NCBI GenBank assembly: GCA_002189035.1
Contig: CM007990.1
Location: forward strand, 3,038,001-3,102,000
DNA: 64,000 nucleotides
Source: Utricularia gibba
Lineage: Eukaryota; Plantae; Magnoliophyta
Direction: 5' to 3'
Part shown: positions 51,520 through 63,228 of the stretch, in pieces
Layout: every line of letters starts with the position of its first letter
How positions within the stretch are numbered: position 1 is the stretch's first letter
Notes under the pieces: model-generated
The model's input: only the letters and a program-made list of their open reading frames with translations
What the model was told of the DNA's origin: nothing
The model's database searches: none
Program-made: the position numbers and the translations under genes

Positions 51520-51786
51520 GTGTTAATAAATAATATGATGAAAACATGCTGACACCCCACATCCCAACATTCTTAAATTTTTAAAAAATTAAATTTTTAA
51601 TTTAAATAAAAAAATTTTATCAGTTCTGGGTCGGGTCTGGGTATTTTCCCGTAGACCCAAAACCAACCAGTTCTTCATTTAATGGACCCAAAACCGGCCC
51701 AGACCCAGAACCGATCAGAATCAACCCACAAAACTGGGTCAGTTCAGATTGGTTCTGGGTCTAGGTGGGTCTTTTGAACATCTCAA
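50029..51786 (-). mobile_element. Internally deleted hAT element (Ac/RICESLEEPER-like) retaining the 3' part of the transposase
   Basis: TIRs TAGACATGTTCA / TGAACATCTCAA (10/12); TSD TCTATATC / TCTGTATC (7/8); GACCC/GAACC subterminal repeats at both ends. Minus-strand VVLDLRYKM..ELDYYL..NWW..YPTL..DILAIPISTVAS*SAFSIGG (hAT dimerisation domain with a stop) at ~51075-50480. Confidence 0.9.
51475..51519. repeat. (AAT)n microsatellite inside the hAT element
   Basis: About 15 perfect AAT units. Confidence 0.95.
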
Positions 51787-54786
51787 TCTGTATCAGATCT
51801 TTTATTTTGAGTTCAATCAATATTAATCTCAAAATAATTTTTTATTCAATTTATCCACTTTATCAATTATATCTCATGTAACATATCATGATCCCCAAGA
51901 TGTAAGAATAATCAGTTGAACTGATTGAGTATTTCTATGACCAACCAACATGCAATAAACAATTTTCATCATACTTATATCTCATTCAATATCTGAACAT
52001 GTGTGTGTGTCTTTCTGATGTATCGAACTTATAATTGCATTTAAGCACTAACACTCAATGACCTACTCAAAGACTTACAGTGTCATTACCTTGGGCCTAG
52101 GACTTACTGTTAGGCTTTGATGCAATTACTTGAGATAAAATCCAATAGCTAACATGAGTGATGAATCCTTTATTGATAAATCAACTATCTCCAACCTTAA
52201 GGAGTCGAATCTCTTCTCATCCATATTAGGCAAGCCATGGTTAGGCTGCCGTCAGTAATGAGCGAAAATGCTAGTTTAAGATCAAGATAACTTTGTTGAC
52301 CTCAAGTCTAAGCTTACTTGCACGACTGTCATATTCGAGATCTTGCTACTAACACTTGGTTAGTTTCCCATAGTAGCATCTCAAAGATGAATCATCCAGT
52401 GGATTGATTCTCTAATCGACACCCACACATTGGTTCTAGTAATCTCATTACATCAATTGTAAGAACTATTGCATAAACAATTTAGAGAACTCAATGTGTA
52501 TCAATCTATCTGTATTTGTGATATCCTCATTTTACAAACATTTTAGTCAGAGAGTTTTTAACTTGAACATAAATGCTTGAAGAATCTCACATTATGATAT
52601 CATCATAATTTTTATAGCACATAGATCAAATAAAGGATTTTATCTACATACACCAATAGGGAGATTGTGTAGACTCAATCATAAGAGTTAGTAGTCAAGA
52701 AAGAGAATTTGACATGTCATAGAGTGCATGATAAGAAAAATGTAGCTTCATCTACTTCACAAGAAATGGAGAAGAATGATATCATCCAAATGCATTTAAA
52801 ACCTCTAACAACCAAGGATGAAATTGAACTATTAAAGGAAACTATCTATCAATAAGAATTAAGATTTCTAATATTCATTTCAGAAAACGTCAATTTCAGA
52901 GCTAGGAAATTATTTATCATAGTTATCACAGATATTCAATATTGAACGATAAGCAAGTAAATAGTATAATACATTTTATTATCTTAACTTATTTATATTA
53001 ATGATGTTCATTTTCTTACTACAGTTTAAGTAAAACCAAACTGGGTATGTTTTTTAGATTGGTGCATGAAATGTCTCACATTGCTTTTGAGCCTCTCATC
53101 AAGAGTAAGCTTTTACCAATACTCCTACTTCTATATATGTCATTGCATTAAAACATTTATGGTTATTTTGCAATAATCTTGTTCAAAAAATGGTTGACCA
53201 CATTCCTTCAAGTTGCATTCGTAAAGAACTCATATTTTGTTGGGATATAAGTCAGTTCTTTAACATTGAAAATTGTATTGATGGGAGCTTCAGTACCAAT
53301 AAGTTTAAAGATCTATGATAGATTTGGGAGAATGCTAGAACGTTAAGAAATCATCACAATCCAATTAACACATTGTCGAATGACGATAAACTAGAGAAAT
53401 CACTTCTAAATTCAGTAATAAACTTATTTTTTCTTCCAATATTGTAGAATTTACTCGTGTTAAGTATTGTTACTATATTCATTAGATAAATAATACAATA
53501 CTTTTCTTTTCTTGCAAGATGACCAAAAGGAATAAGAATGCATTATACAATGATGGATAAATATTATTGTTTTTGGAAGTACTATACAAAAAAAAATAAC
53601 ATGCTTAGCTTTGTGGAAATGTTTTGATGTAGGCAAACTCCGATTAAATTTCATGAGCATTAGAAGATTTATGAATCCATGCAGCAAAATTTTTAGGAGC
53701 ATAGATCTTATGAGCACCTCTATTTCGAAGGCAAAACCAGCAAGGCCAGCAGTAATTTCAAGATCCAAATCAAGGCGCAATTTCAGGAGCGAATTCTAGA
53801 AATTCGTTAGAAGAAATGTTGAAGACATTCATGGCACCATCAATTAAAAATCAAACTTAAAATCAACAAGTTATCCGAAAATTGGAGGTTCAAGTGAATC
53901 AATTGATAGCAAAGCTTGGTGATATGAAATAGAAAGGGAGCTTACCATCTCAACCCAAGCCAAATCCAAACTCTAGTGGAGGGTCGAACATCAGCGCCAT
54001 GACAGTTAGGACTGGAAAAGAGAAGCCTAGACGAGAACTACTCCAAACTGAGACTAAGGAGAATGAGATAGAAGAGTACAAAGTTGTTGTACAGATTGAG
54101 GACGAAATTGAAGGTTATGCAAACTTATGTATCTATGTGATGTTGGTGATTGATTTTCATTACTTTGGATGTGATTTTGAAGGTTTGCTTAATTGTGGCT
54201 TTTAGTGTTTACTTTCTAAATCTTCTTACATTGCTTGAAAATTCATAACATGTTTACACTTTTTTATTTATTTTAAGGCATGAAGGGAGCCAGTAGAGAT
54301 TCAATGATCAACCATGTTTTCCAAAGTCCTATGGATATATACATAGTAGTGTAGTTTGTTTACTACGTTTGTATAAGTATGATATATGTATGTATAATAT
54401 ATTATGTTTTGAATCTATTTGATTATGAACTTATGAGCTACGTTAGATAAAATACTTGGACAGAGTTTTATGTCTAGTTTACTTATGTATTTACGCATTT
54501 TAATGTTAATGAATCGTGCTATAAAAGAAATCCTAGAGTTCTTATGTTTTAGTTGGGATTGGGTGGTCACGACTCATCTTTCTCGGGTCCTAAAGGTGGG
54601 TCATGATAGTACAGATTAAAACAATAGCTTAAAAAAATATGAAACATGTTCAACTTTTATACGTATCATTCCACCTAGACCTTGTTTGAACAAACAAGTC
54701 TACTTCATATTCTGTGTTGTACCGGTTTAATACAAAGTGTAAACATTTCCATGTTACATATTTCAATATATTTGACATCCTCCAAA

Positions 54787-55318
54787 TAGGGGTGTAATTG
54801 AGCCAAGCATTTATCAAGCTGCTCCACGCTTGGCTCGATAAAGACTCGACCTGAATTCGATTTATACGAGCTTGAACCCGAGCTCGATCCATCAATCAGG
54901 CTCGATGCGCGTAATCAAGCCGAGCCCGACCAAGCATGAGCTTGGCTTGACGGCTCAAGGCCCGGCCCAAGTAATTAAGAGTGTAGAATTATTGTAGACT
55001 TCAACACTTCATGGAGAATCATGCCAGAGTTTTGATTAATGTGCATCATTAAAGGTGGAGGTACTATTGCTAGAATTTTAATTACTGTGCTTCCGAACAT
55101 TAAATAGGATACGGCATGTGGAGTAGAGTTGTGAAAAAGCCAGAGGTGTCATTGCCAACCAAGCTCAGGCCGAGCTTCGAGCCTACTCGAGCTTGAGCTC
55201 GAGCACAAGTTGGCAAGCTCGGTCTGAGTTCGAGCGAAGCTCTAGCTTAATGTTAAGGTGGCCGAGTCGAGTCGAGCACACAGAAAGCTCAACTCGACTC
55301 GGCTCATTTACACCCCTA
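54787..55318. mobile_element. hAT-type MITE with GAGCT/CGAGC subterminal repeats
   Basis: TIRs TAGGGGTGTAA / TTACACCCCTA; identical CTCCAAA directly flanks both ends (7 bp, expected 8). Confidence 0.85.
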
Positions 55319-55590
55319 CTCCAAAAATATGCATTGTAAAATTTGGCACTCAAATTTGAATTCAGAAATGGTTGAGTTTAACCCTAAATAATTTCCAAAT
55401 TTTTGAACAAGTGCCTAGAATGAAATTGAAGTTTTACCTCATTGGTTAATACTGGCTTTATGTCGTAAGTGGCATAGCGAGAATGAACATGTATCACATT
55501 TTCTTCATAGAAAAACTTTATTGTTGCTTTCATCATAAAGAGGGACTTTTTGTTGAGAGTGACATGTATTATATTTTTAGGATAACTAAA

Positions 55591-56701
55591 TGATAAACGA
55601 AAAATTCACACGTCGTAAATGTAAACTTTCCTATCAAATAAATTTATAGCCTAACCCATATTCAAGCATAAAACAATTATGAGCATAGTGATTAGGGTCA
55701 AACACGAAGAGCAGGTGCTTGCTATGTGAAAGTTGATGCATGAAACTAGTATTGCGTTGGTAAAATTGATCTTAGTTAGGAATAAAACAGATTTACGACG
55801 GAATGCAGTAAGGAAAAAGTAACAAGTTTGGGTTTGTTAGTTTCTAGAATGGAATGGGTGATGCCTTGGGACTTATAGGGGATGTATGCCTATTACTAAA
55901 TAAGCTTACATAAATCAAAAATCATACAACTAACTTACAAGATCTAGGTCTACCCGGATTCTTGTTTTTCCCCCTAATCTTTGGTCTACCTCTAATTAGG
56001 GTTGTTAGTTGGGTTTCACGCTCCTGGATCTATCCTGGTTTGCTAAGGAAGTAGTGTGACTTATGATTTATTAGGTCTAAGGATGGATTAGCATATTTCT
56101 CCCCTTTTCACCCCAAGCCACCCCCCTAAGTGCCTAGCTACTCATGGTAATGGAAAGTAAAAAACATCTTCATAGCAGATACTAAACAACATCTTGGCTA
56201 CAAATACTAAACAACAACGAACAATATGAAGCAAAAGTAGGACAGACACTTCGTTCAAACAGGAAATCCAAATCTAGTCTTAGCTAGGAACAGTAAATGA
56301 AGAACGAAAATAATTTCTCAAGAGAAGCTGTGTTCTTCTGGTTCGTCGTCCCCTCCTTCTTCTTCCTCCAGAAAAATCTCCAGAAACTTGTCTTGAGTCT
56401 CCTAAAGGGAGATCTACCTTATCTCCCTACCTTTATTCCTTTTTGTCCAAAATCTTCCTTTTTCACCTCCTTGGACTTTGTGTGTACTCTTTTTCAGACT
56501 TTTGTCACCTTTTCTGCTACCACACTGTTCATACTCGACTCCTTGGGGTTTGTGTTGCGACCTATGCTACCAACTAAGACTAAAAGTGCACTCCTACGGT
56601 ACTTATGTGCACAAATATAGAAACAGGCAATTAAGCTTAATTTTTGTAGCATAAAATGAGTAAATTCCATGCATTGAGCCACTCAAAAATATGTGCTATC
56701 A
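55591..56701. mobile_element. Solo LTR, family A copy 2
   Basis: TGATA...TATCA ends; perfect TSD CTAAA at 55586-55590 and 56702-56706; same orientation as, and similar to, 2937-4108. Confidence 0.9.
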
Positions 56702-59700
56702 CTAAATCATCGTATTTAAAGAAGTGTAAATAAAGATACATTATATGAAATTAAAGAACTGGAATCTAGTGTCTCCATCATTCATTCTTATGTAAATAGG
56801 TTAGATGCATGCATCACCACAATAAATAACAAGTGGCCATATGAAATTGATCTATAAATTTAAGAAAAAAATTAAAATTATTTATTAATTATACTAATGT
56901 GTCTTATAAAACAACCAAAGAATCAAATATTTAAAAATTAATTTATATTATATTATTAATTTTCCAAAATAATTATTATCTCTGTGGCACATATAATATA
57001 ATAAAAAGGATCTTATATCATATTTCCTCCATAATAAACCTTTCTTGTTAATTTAGCAATAGAGAGATATTCATGATGCATGTTAATATGTTTATTATAC
57101 ATTCTCATGTGAGGTGTTTTAGAAGATGCATGCATTACAAGAAGGTGCATTATTCCAAATAATAAATTCAGAATTTAATAAATTTTTTATGTTTACGTGA
57201 GTTGTTTTAGAAGATGCATTTAGCACAAGAATATTTGAAGAAAATTATAATTTATTAAAATACAATTATTATTATTTTTGGATACAGGTGTTGGTTGGTA
57301 TGCATGCAAATAGTCATGAATTTATTGAACACATGCATGGGTTAAGAAAACCAAAATATAGATCCAATTGTGGTTTATGAATCATTTGTTCCAAATCGAA
57401 ATCAAGCGGTTTGGAACCAATCATAACACTAATACCAAATATAGGCCCTCAAGTGTACGGCTTATAGCAAAATTATCAAATCTATTTTGGATGGAATGTA
57501 TTTACTCACAAAACAATTGTAGCTCTATCGAATAAAAAAAAGTTTGTTAGCACAATTTACAAACGCACATTGATATCCTTCCAAGACCGCAAGTTAAGTA
57601 ATGTACTAAATAAATGGGGCACCAATCCGGTGAATAATGAAACAGCTTTGCTAGAAATCCCCAGTCAATATACATTTCTTTTCTAAAAACAATTAATGAT
57701 TTGAATTTTTTTGAATCGAGGGGTTATTATTGTTTTTGAATTATTATTTATTGTTTTCGATATGCATGATTGGACGCGCACATGATGGTGGCACTGGCGT
57801 ATTGATGGGAGATGACCCTACGGTTTGAAAACCCCGGCGGAGCCTCAAATCATCGAAGCGCGTGGATTTCCGGCCGCGCGTTCATACAAAGCAAAGCAGT
57901 CCGTCAAGGAGGTTTTGGCATGTCAACGCCGTCAACGTAAAATAGGTTTCCTTCACTACTTACTAACACAATCAAGTTTTAAAATAACATTTCCAAAGTA
58001 CCACTACTACATATTTATATTTATGTAAACGATCCATATTATCAATCCTCAGAATTTTATATTGTAGACGTTTTGTACTTTATTATTTAAACATTGAGTA
58101 CAGCTAATTTTTAATTATTCAAAAAGTAGACGCAATTAGTAGGGGACTAATGCTATCAAATTTTTAATAATTTGTTATTTAAATAGTGAGGATTATTTAT
58201 GACAAGTTTTTGAATGCTGAAATGCTAAAAATTAACTTTTTAAATATCAAATACCAATTTTACCACTGTATTGAAAAAGAGAGAATCAATTTTATCATTA
58301 TTTTAAAAGAGTAGGGATAACATTAAAAAATAGATAATCATTGTTGTAATTTTTACAAAATATTGGGAATAATTAATGTCAATTTCTCATTTTTATTTAG
58401 TACAATGTAGTCAATGGAACGGTTGCATTAGTTAGGGTATAAACTAAGACTGCAGAATCGAAAGAATTCAGGAATTTATGAATAGTGATTAGGATGCTCA
58501 ACATTTTTTTTTCGGAATCCTTGAATCACTAGATTGTCAATATGCTAATCATATCATCTCTCAAGCATCTATGACAATTTAATCTTGAAAAGTGCTTTCA
58601 AACATAAAGCTCTCAAACTTTGCTTAACTCAACATTTCAAAAGATTCTGGTTGTTCATATAAAAAAAATATCACTAGAAGTGCATTTTTTTTTTTGTCCA
58701 AGCAATTGAATTGGAGACAAAAATCATACGATTTTTGATAATCCAAAAACTAAAAATGACCATGATTATTTATTAAGTCATCACCATTTATTACATCAGC
58801 TACAATTAAGTAGACAAATCAAGGCACCATTTTTGTAACAAGATGGACTTTTAAACACTAGTCAAGTCTTCAACTATTCTCTTAGATGCCAATTTATCGA
58901 TAATGATGAGTTAATTCAAATAAAAAAATCAAAATTATGTTATTTTTTATTAATTCATTCCGATCACCAAATTTATATTTAGATAAAGTAAGAGATGATG
59001 TTATTTTATAAATATATTTATTATATTTTTTTAGAAAATAATATATTTATATTAATTATCTAATTAATTTTGAATCCTCTTAGATAATCTTAATTATAAT
59101 TCATAATTTGATACAATTCTTAATTTTTTTAATCTAAAATTCATTTTTATTATCACTAATTTTAATCAACAATCATTCTTCCTATAGAAACTAAATGTAT
59201 TGGATAGTGCTAGTGGTGGACACAAGAAAGAATTCAAACCAAGTGAATAAATCATGAGATTAGTGTTTTAAAATGGAGAAAATTGATTTTTTTTAAAAAA
59301 AATTAATGATGATAAAAATAGAATTCTTTTTGTTCATTAATATAATTTTCTTTATAGAATATTAAAATAATATATGAAATATATATTAAAATCTAAATAC
59401 AATATACAACTTTAATGAAAATTTATATTGAGATTTTCTATCAAATAAAATTTTTAATCCCCCATACACATAAATTATAAATTAAAAGAAAATGTTAAAT
59501 GTTTTGAAGTTAAATTGAAATAGATGATGCATGTTGTATGGTGAATTCATGCATTCATAAATATCAATATAACAATAATTCTTGCCTAAAACAAATAGCA
59601 ACTCCATAGCTACAGCACAACAAAATATTAACTCTAAATTTACTAAATTTATGGATACCTCAAAAGTGAGAGAATAATACAAATAGACTTAAAAATTGGG

Positions 59701-61396
59701 ATTATTAATTTAAAACTACATCATTTTTCAAATTTATTACAAGATTAATTTGTATTTGAAATAATTCACTATTTTCATTTTTTCCCAAAACTTTTCTACA
59801 ATTATTTATTTTACCATAATTATCTTAAATACAAAAGTATTACTAATCGTTGTCTTTTATATGTTTGCGTTTTTTATCATCATTATAACTATATAGATTC
59901 ATATGTTATTTAATCTTTAATCTTAATTATTATGAACTTTATTTTTGTATTTTTCAAATATTGAAAATAAAATATTAATATAGTAATTTGTAAAATAATC
60001 CAACAAAACAAAAACAAAATCAAAATCTAAAAAATATATCATATTACATCAATATTATTTTCCCTTGTGTACTTATTGCAAGACTGTTGATTCATCACAT
60101 GGATAAGATTTGGTTCTCTTTCTACCAAACTTTGTTTGTGAACAAAAATAGGGATTGTGAGCCACATGAAAAGAAGCATTCCAATATGATTGTTCTAATG
60201 AATACTCAAATTAATAAGAATATGTGGTTTCTAATATTTCAATACTAAAATCATCTGACACATATTCATATGAATCAATTTTGAAGTAATTGCAAATCTA
60301 AAAAGAGACAAAGTAATAAATATTTCAAAATATGAAATATATTTAAAATAGTTTTCAAATGATTATCTGCATTGACTGTGAGAATTTGATCATTCAAAAA
60401 AAGCTCCCTAATATCAATAATCTAGTTGCAGATTCTGCCTCCATTTGGGAAGGGTTCATGAATTGCTCGATTGAGTTGAAGTAACAACACAAGCACACTT
60501 GTGAGAAGGGTGATGAGGTGATGCTCAAGATGACCATTGTTGCACTTCATCCATATCTATAGAGATGGGATAAGATCCAAATCTTTTAAAATAAGATGTG
60601 AATCTGATCTTATCCGAGAATTTGTATTAATTTTCATCCGAATAGATTAAATCTTTGACTAAATTAAGGTCAGCTCTAATTTTCTCTAAATTATGTCAAC
60701 ATTGTTTTAAAAAATTACAAAACACGTTTTTTCTCTAAAAAGATTAAAATAATATAAAAGATATAAAATTCATTTAAAAATATAGGAAAAATGGAATAAA
60801 AAACATGAAAAATCAAATTAATAGAGTTATAAAAAATAAAAATATAAGTGATACAAATTAATTTTCATAATTTCATTTTATGCTTAAAATAAATGTATTA
60901 TGACAATTCATCCATTTTTACAAATAATCATTATTTTTCCTTGTTGCTTTTCCCTTAATGTCATTCCCATATAAGAAAAATTGTATGTATTTTATTTTCT
61001 TCATTTGTTACTGCTAAATTACCCATTTTATCCATATATTGTGTTGATTACTATTGAGTTGGAATGTAGAATTTAAGTTAATTTAATAAAAAAAACCTTA
61101 CAGAATAATTCACTAAGAATGTTAAAAAAAACTTAGATTTACGTAATTCTTTAGAAAACACATTAATTTCATAACTTAAAACTCCTAATGAAATATATGT
61201 TATCGTGAATCATATTTTCAATATATTTATTTTAACAAACCTTATGAGTATCATGATCCCAGTGCCACATGAATGTAGGTATAAATTCTATATTACTCTC
61301 CCAACTCTTCGCCTTTTATTTCCTCCTCCTGCTCTAATGCCTCATCTTCATCATCTCAAGCTTTTTTTCATATAAAATCTTAGCATGCCTGATTCA

Positions 61397-61459
61397 ATGT
61401 CACATTCAGTAAATATTTATGATACATGTATAGGATGTACTCAATGTGTCCGAGCGTGT
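61397..61459 (+). other. psaC: Short NUPT: 5' end of plastid psaC
   Basis: Reads MSHSVNIYDTCIGCTQCVRAC (first Fe-S binding motif CxxCxxC of PsaC), then similarity ends abruptly. Confidence 0.88.
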
Positions 61460-61556
61460 ATATAAATAAACAATCCACATGAGTCCAAGTGTTAATAATG
61501 CAACTTTCTCCACAAATGCGGATCGCATAAAGCGCTTTGATTTAGTGGCTTTGCAG

Positions 61557-61995
61557 TAGAGATGAAGTTGGGCTGGGCCGGACTAGCACGACCTTATTTC
61601 AGAGAGCCCATTACATAAAAGCATGATTAATATGGCTCTGTACGGTCCATGAGTCTACCATTTAATAAATATAAATTTTTTTAAAATTATTAAATATTAA
61701 TATGCATTTTAATATTTTTTAAATAATTTATAGAAATTTTTTAAAATTATTATATAAATTATTAATTTATATTACTTACCCTAAAAATAAAATAGTATAT
61801 ATAAAATCAATTTAAATTATTCAAAATTAAAAATAATTATAATTATAATACATAAAAATCTTATTTTTAAATTTGGTCTTAGGCCCGTCGGACTTTAAGT
61901 CTCGAAGTCCAATCGACCCTAAAGGCTTAAGCCGTCGAGCCAGAAAGCCCGATAATCTTTCGACACACGGGCTTGGGCTTTAAATTTTATCCCTA
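61557..61995. mobile_element. Non-autonomous hAT MITE upstream of SURF6, same family as the PIN-upstream copy
   Basis: TIRs TAGAGATGAAG / TTTTATCCCTA; perfect 8-bp TSD CTTTGCAG at 61549-61556 and 61996-62003. Confidence 0.88.
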
Positions 61996-62259
61996 CTTTG
62001 CAGACATCTTTTTTGCTGAGCCTGGCCCAATACGCACAGCGATTTTCATCCCTACGTTGCAGACATCCCTTCAGTTCTCCCGCCGTTACACTTCTTCGGT
62101 TCTCGTCTTCCAATCCCAAGGTAAGGAGCCTGCGTGCTCTTGGTTTTTCAGTTTCCTGAATTTTTCCACTCTCTTGATTGTTTAGTCGTAGGGCAGGATT
62201 CGGATTTTATGGCGTTGATTCTCCATTAGAATTTTTATGTGTTTCTCGTAAACCCTAGG
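61569..62259 (+). promoter_or_regulatory. Site II (TGGGCY) motifs and a telo-box-like AAACCCTAG upstream of SURF6
   Basis: TGGGCT/TGGGCC at 61569, 61574 and 61974; reverse copies at 61605 and 62024; AAACCCTAG at 62250-62258. This pairing is known from plant ribosome-biogenesis promoters; function here is untested. Confidence 0.45.
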
Positions 62260-62260
62260 A

Positions 62261-63228
62261 ATGAAGACTAAGAAGAAGCAGAAGGATTTTTGCAACATTA
62301 CCGACGTCGGGGCGATGGAGGAGGGTCATGGTGACCTCGAATCGATGATCCGTTCCCATGGTGAATTTTTCAATCTTTTGATAGAACGTATACCTGCAAG
62401 GTTCTATCTTCCCAATGAAGATGAAGACTCAAAACCGTGGTACCAGGGGCTCAAAAAGGCTGCTAAGGCGAGACTAAAGCAGCAATTTAAGAAAAATAGG
62501 AAGCTTGCTCGTCGCCAGCGGTTTGACCCAGATAAGGAGCAAGTCTCCACGGTGAGCCTTCTGGAGCAGCAGACGGAAGACAAGGGGACAGTAGGAAATT
62601 CTGAAACATCGGTTACGTATGAAGAACTGCATGAAAAACTGAGGAGGAGAATTGAACTCTTAAAGGGGAACCGTGGAGAGAATAAATATGATGGAAAGAA
62701 GGCCAAGAATGATTTTCGAAAGCGTAAGGGGTTCCGGAGAGTGGTGATGGTGAGAATGCTGGCGCAGGAATGCAAGTAGATGATGAGAATATTGAATATG
62801 GTAAGCTTCGTTTGGGGGATGAGAATGAGGCGGCCAGGAAGAAGAAAAAGAGGAACCTCACTAAGGAAAAGGAATTGCAGAAAGTCAAGATGTTAGCAGA
62901 GGCGAAGAAGGAAAATCCGTATGTCGCAAACCGTGAGTCTTGGCAAGCAGCCGCAAACAGGGCGGTGGGAATCAAGGTTCATGATGACGCACGGCTCATT
63001 AAGGATAGCATGAGACGGCAGAAGAGGAGGAAGGAAAAAAGTGCAGAAATGTGGAAGGGGAGGGTGGAAACGCAGGAGAAGAAGCAGAAGGAAAGACAGG
63101 ACAGAAGGAAGCAGAATATTGCAGCAAGGATCAATGACAAGAAGATGAGGAAAATTGCCAAACGGGAGAAGAAACTTTTGAGGCCAGGTTTTGAGGGCAG
63201 AAAGGAGGGATACATCACAAACGAGTAA
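62261..63228 (+). CDS. SURF6: Surfeit locus protein 6 / RRP14 (60S ribosome biogenesis); 1 nt short mid-CDS as given
   Basis: ORF 62261-62779 has an RRP14 N-terminal-like region (HGEFFNLLIERIPARFYL, WYQGL, RFDP). ORF 62770-63228 has the SURF6 C-terminus (W..A..RAVGIKVHDD..L, W..R, RPGFEG). Probable 5' UTR intron ~62121-62258. Span is 968 nt, i.e. 323 codons minus 1. Confidence 0.92.

Noticed and set aside
49460-52800. LTR-like sequence flanking the hAT at 50029-51786
   Set aside because: Probably an old retroelement, but I could not find termini, a TSD or coding motifs.
2937-56701. The two family-A LTRs as the ends of one giant 54-kb retroelement
   Set aside because: Each LTR has its own matching TSD pair (ACCAT; CTAAA), and the outer flanks do not match each other.
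57116-57220. Repeat starting GTTTTAGA, resembling the start of a type II-A CRISPR repeat
   Set aside because: Only two 16-nt copies, no regular repeat-spacer array, no cas genes, and a eukaryotic context.
62720-62735. Programmed ribosomal frameshifting as the explanation for the split genes
   Set aside because: No X XXY YYZ slippery heptamer seen; the three sites share only a short G/C run, which sequencing error explains more simply.
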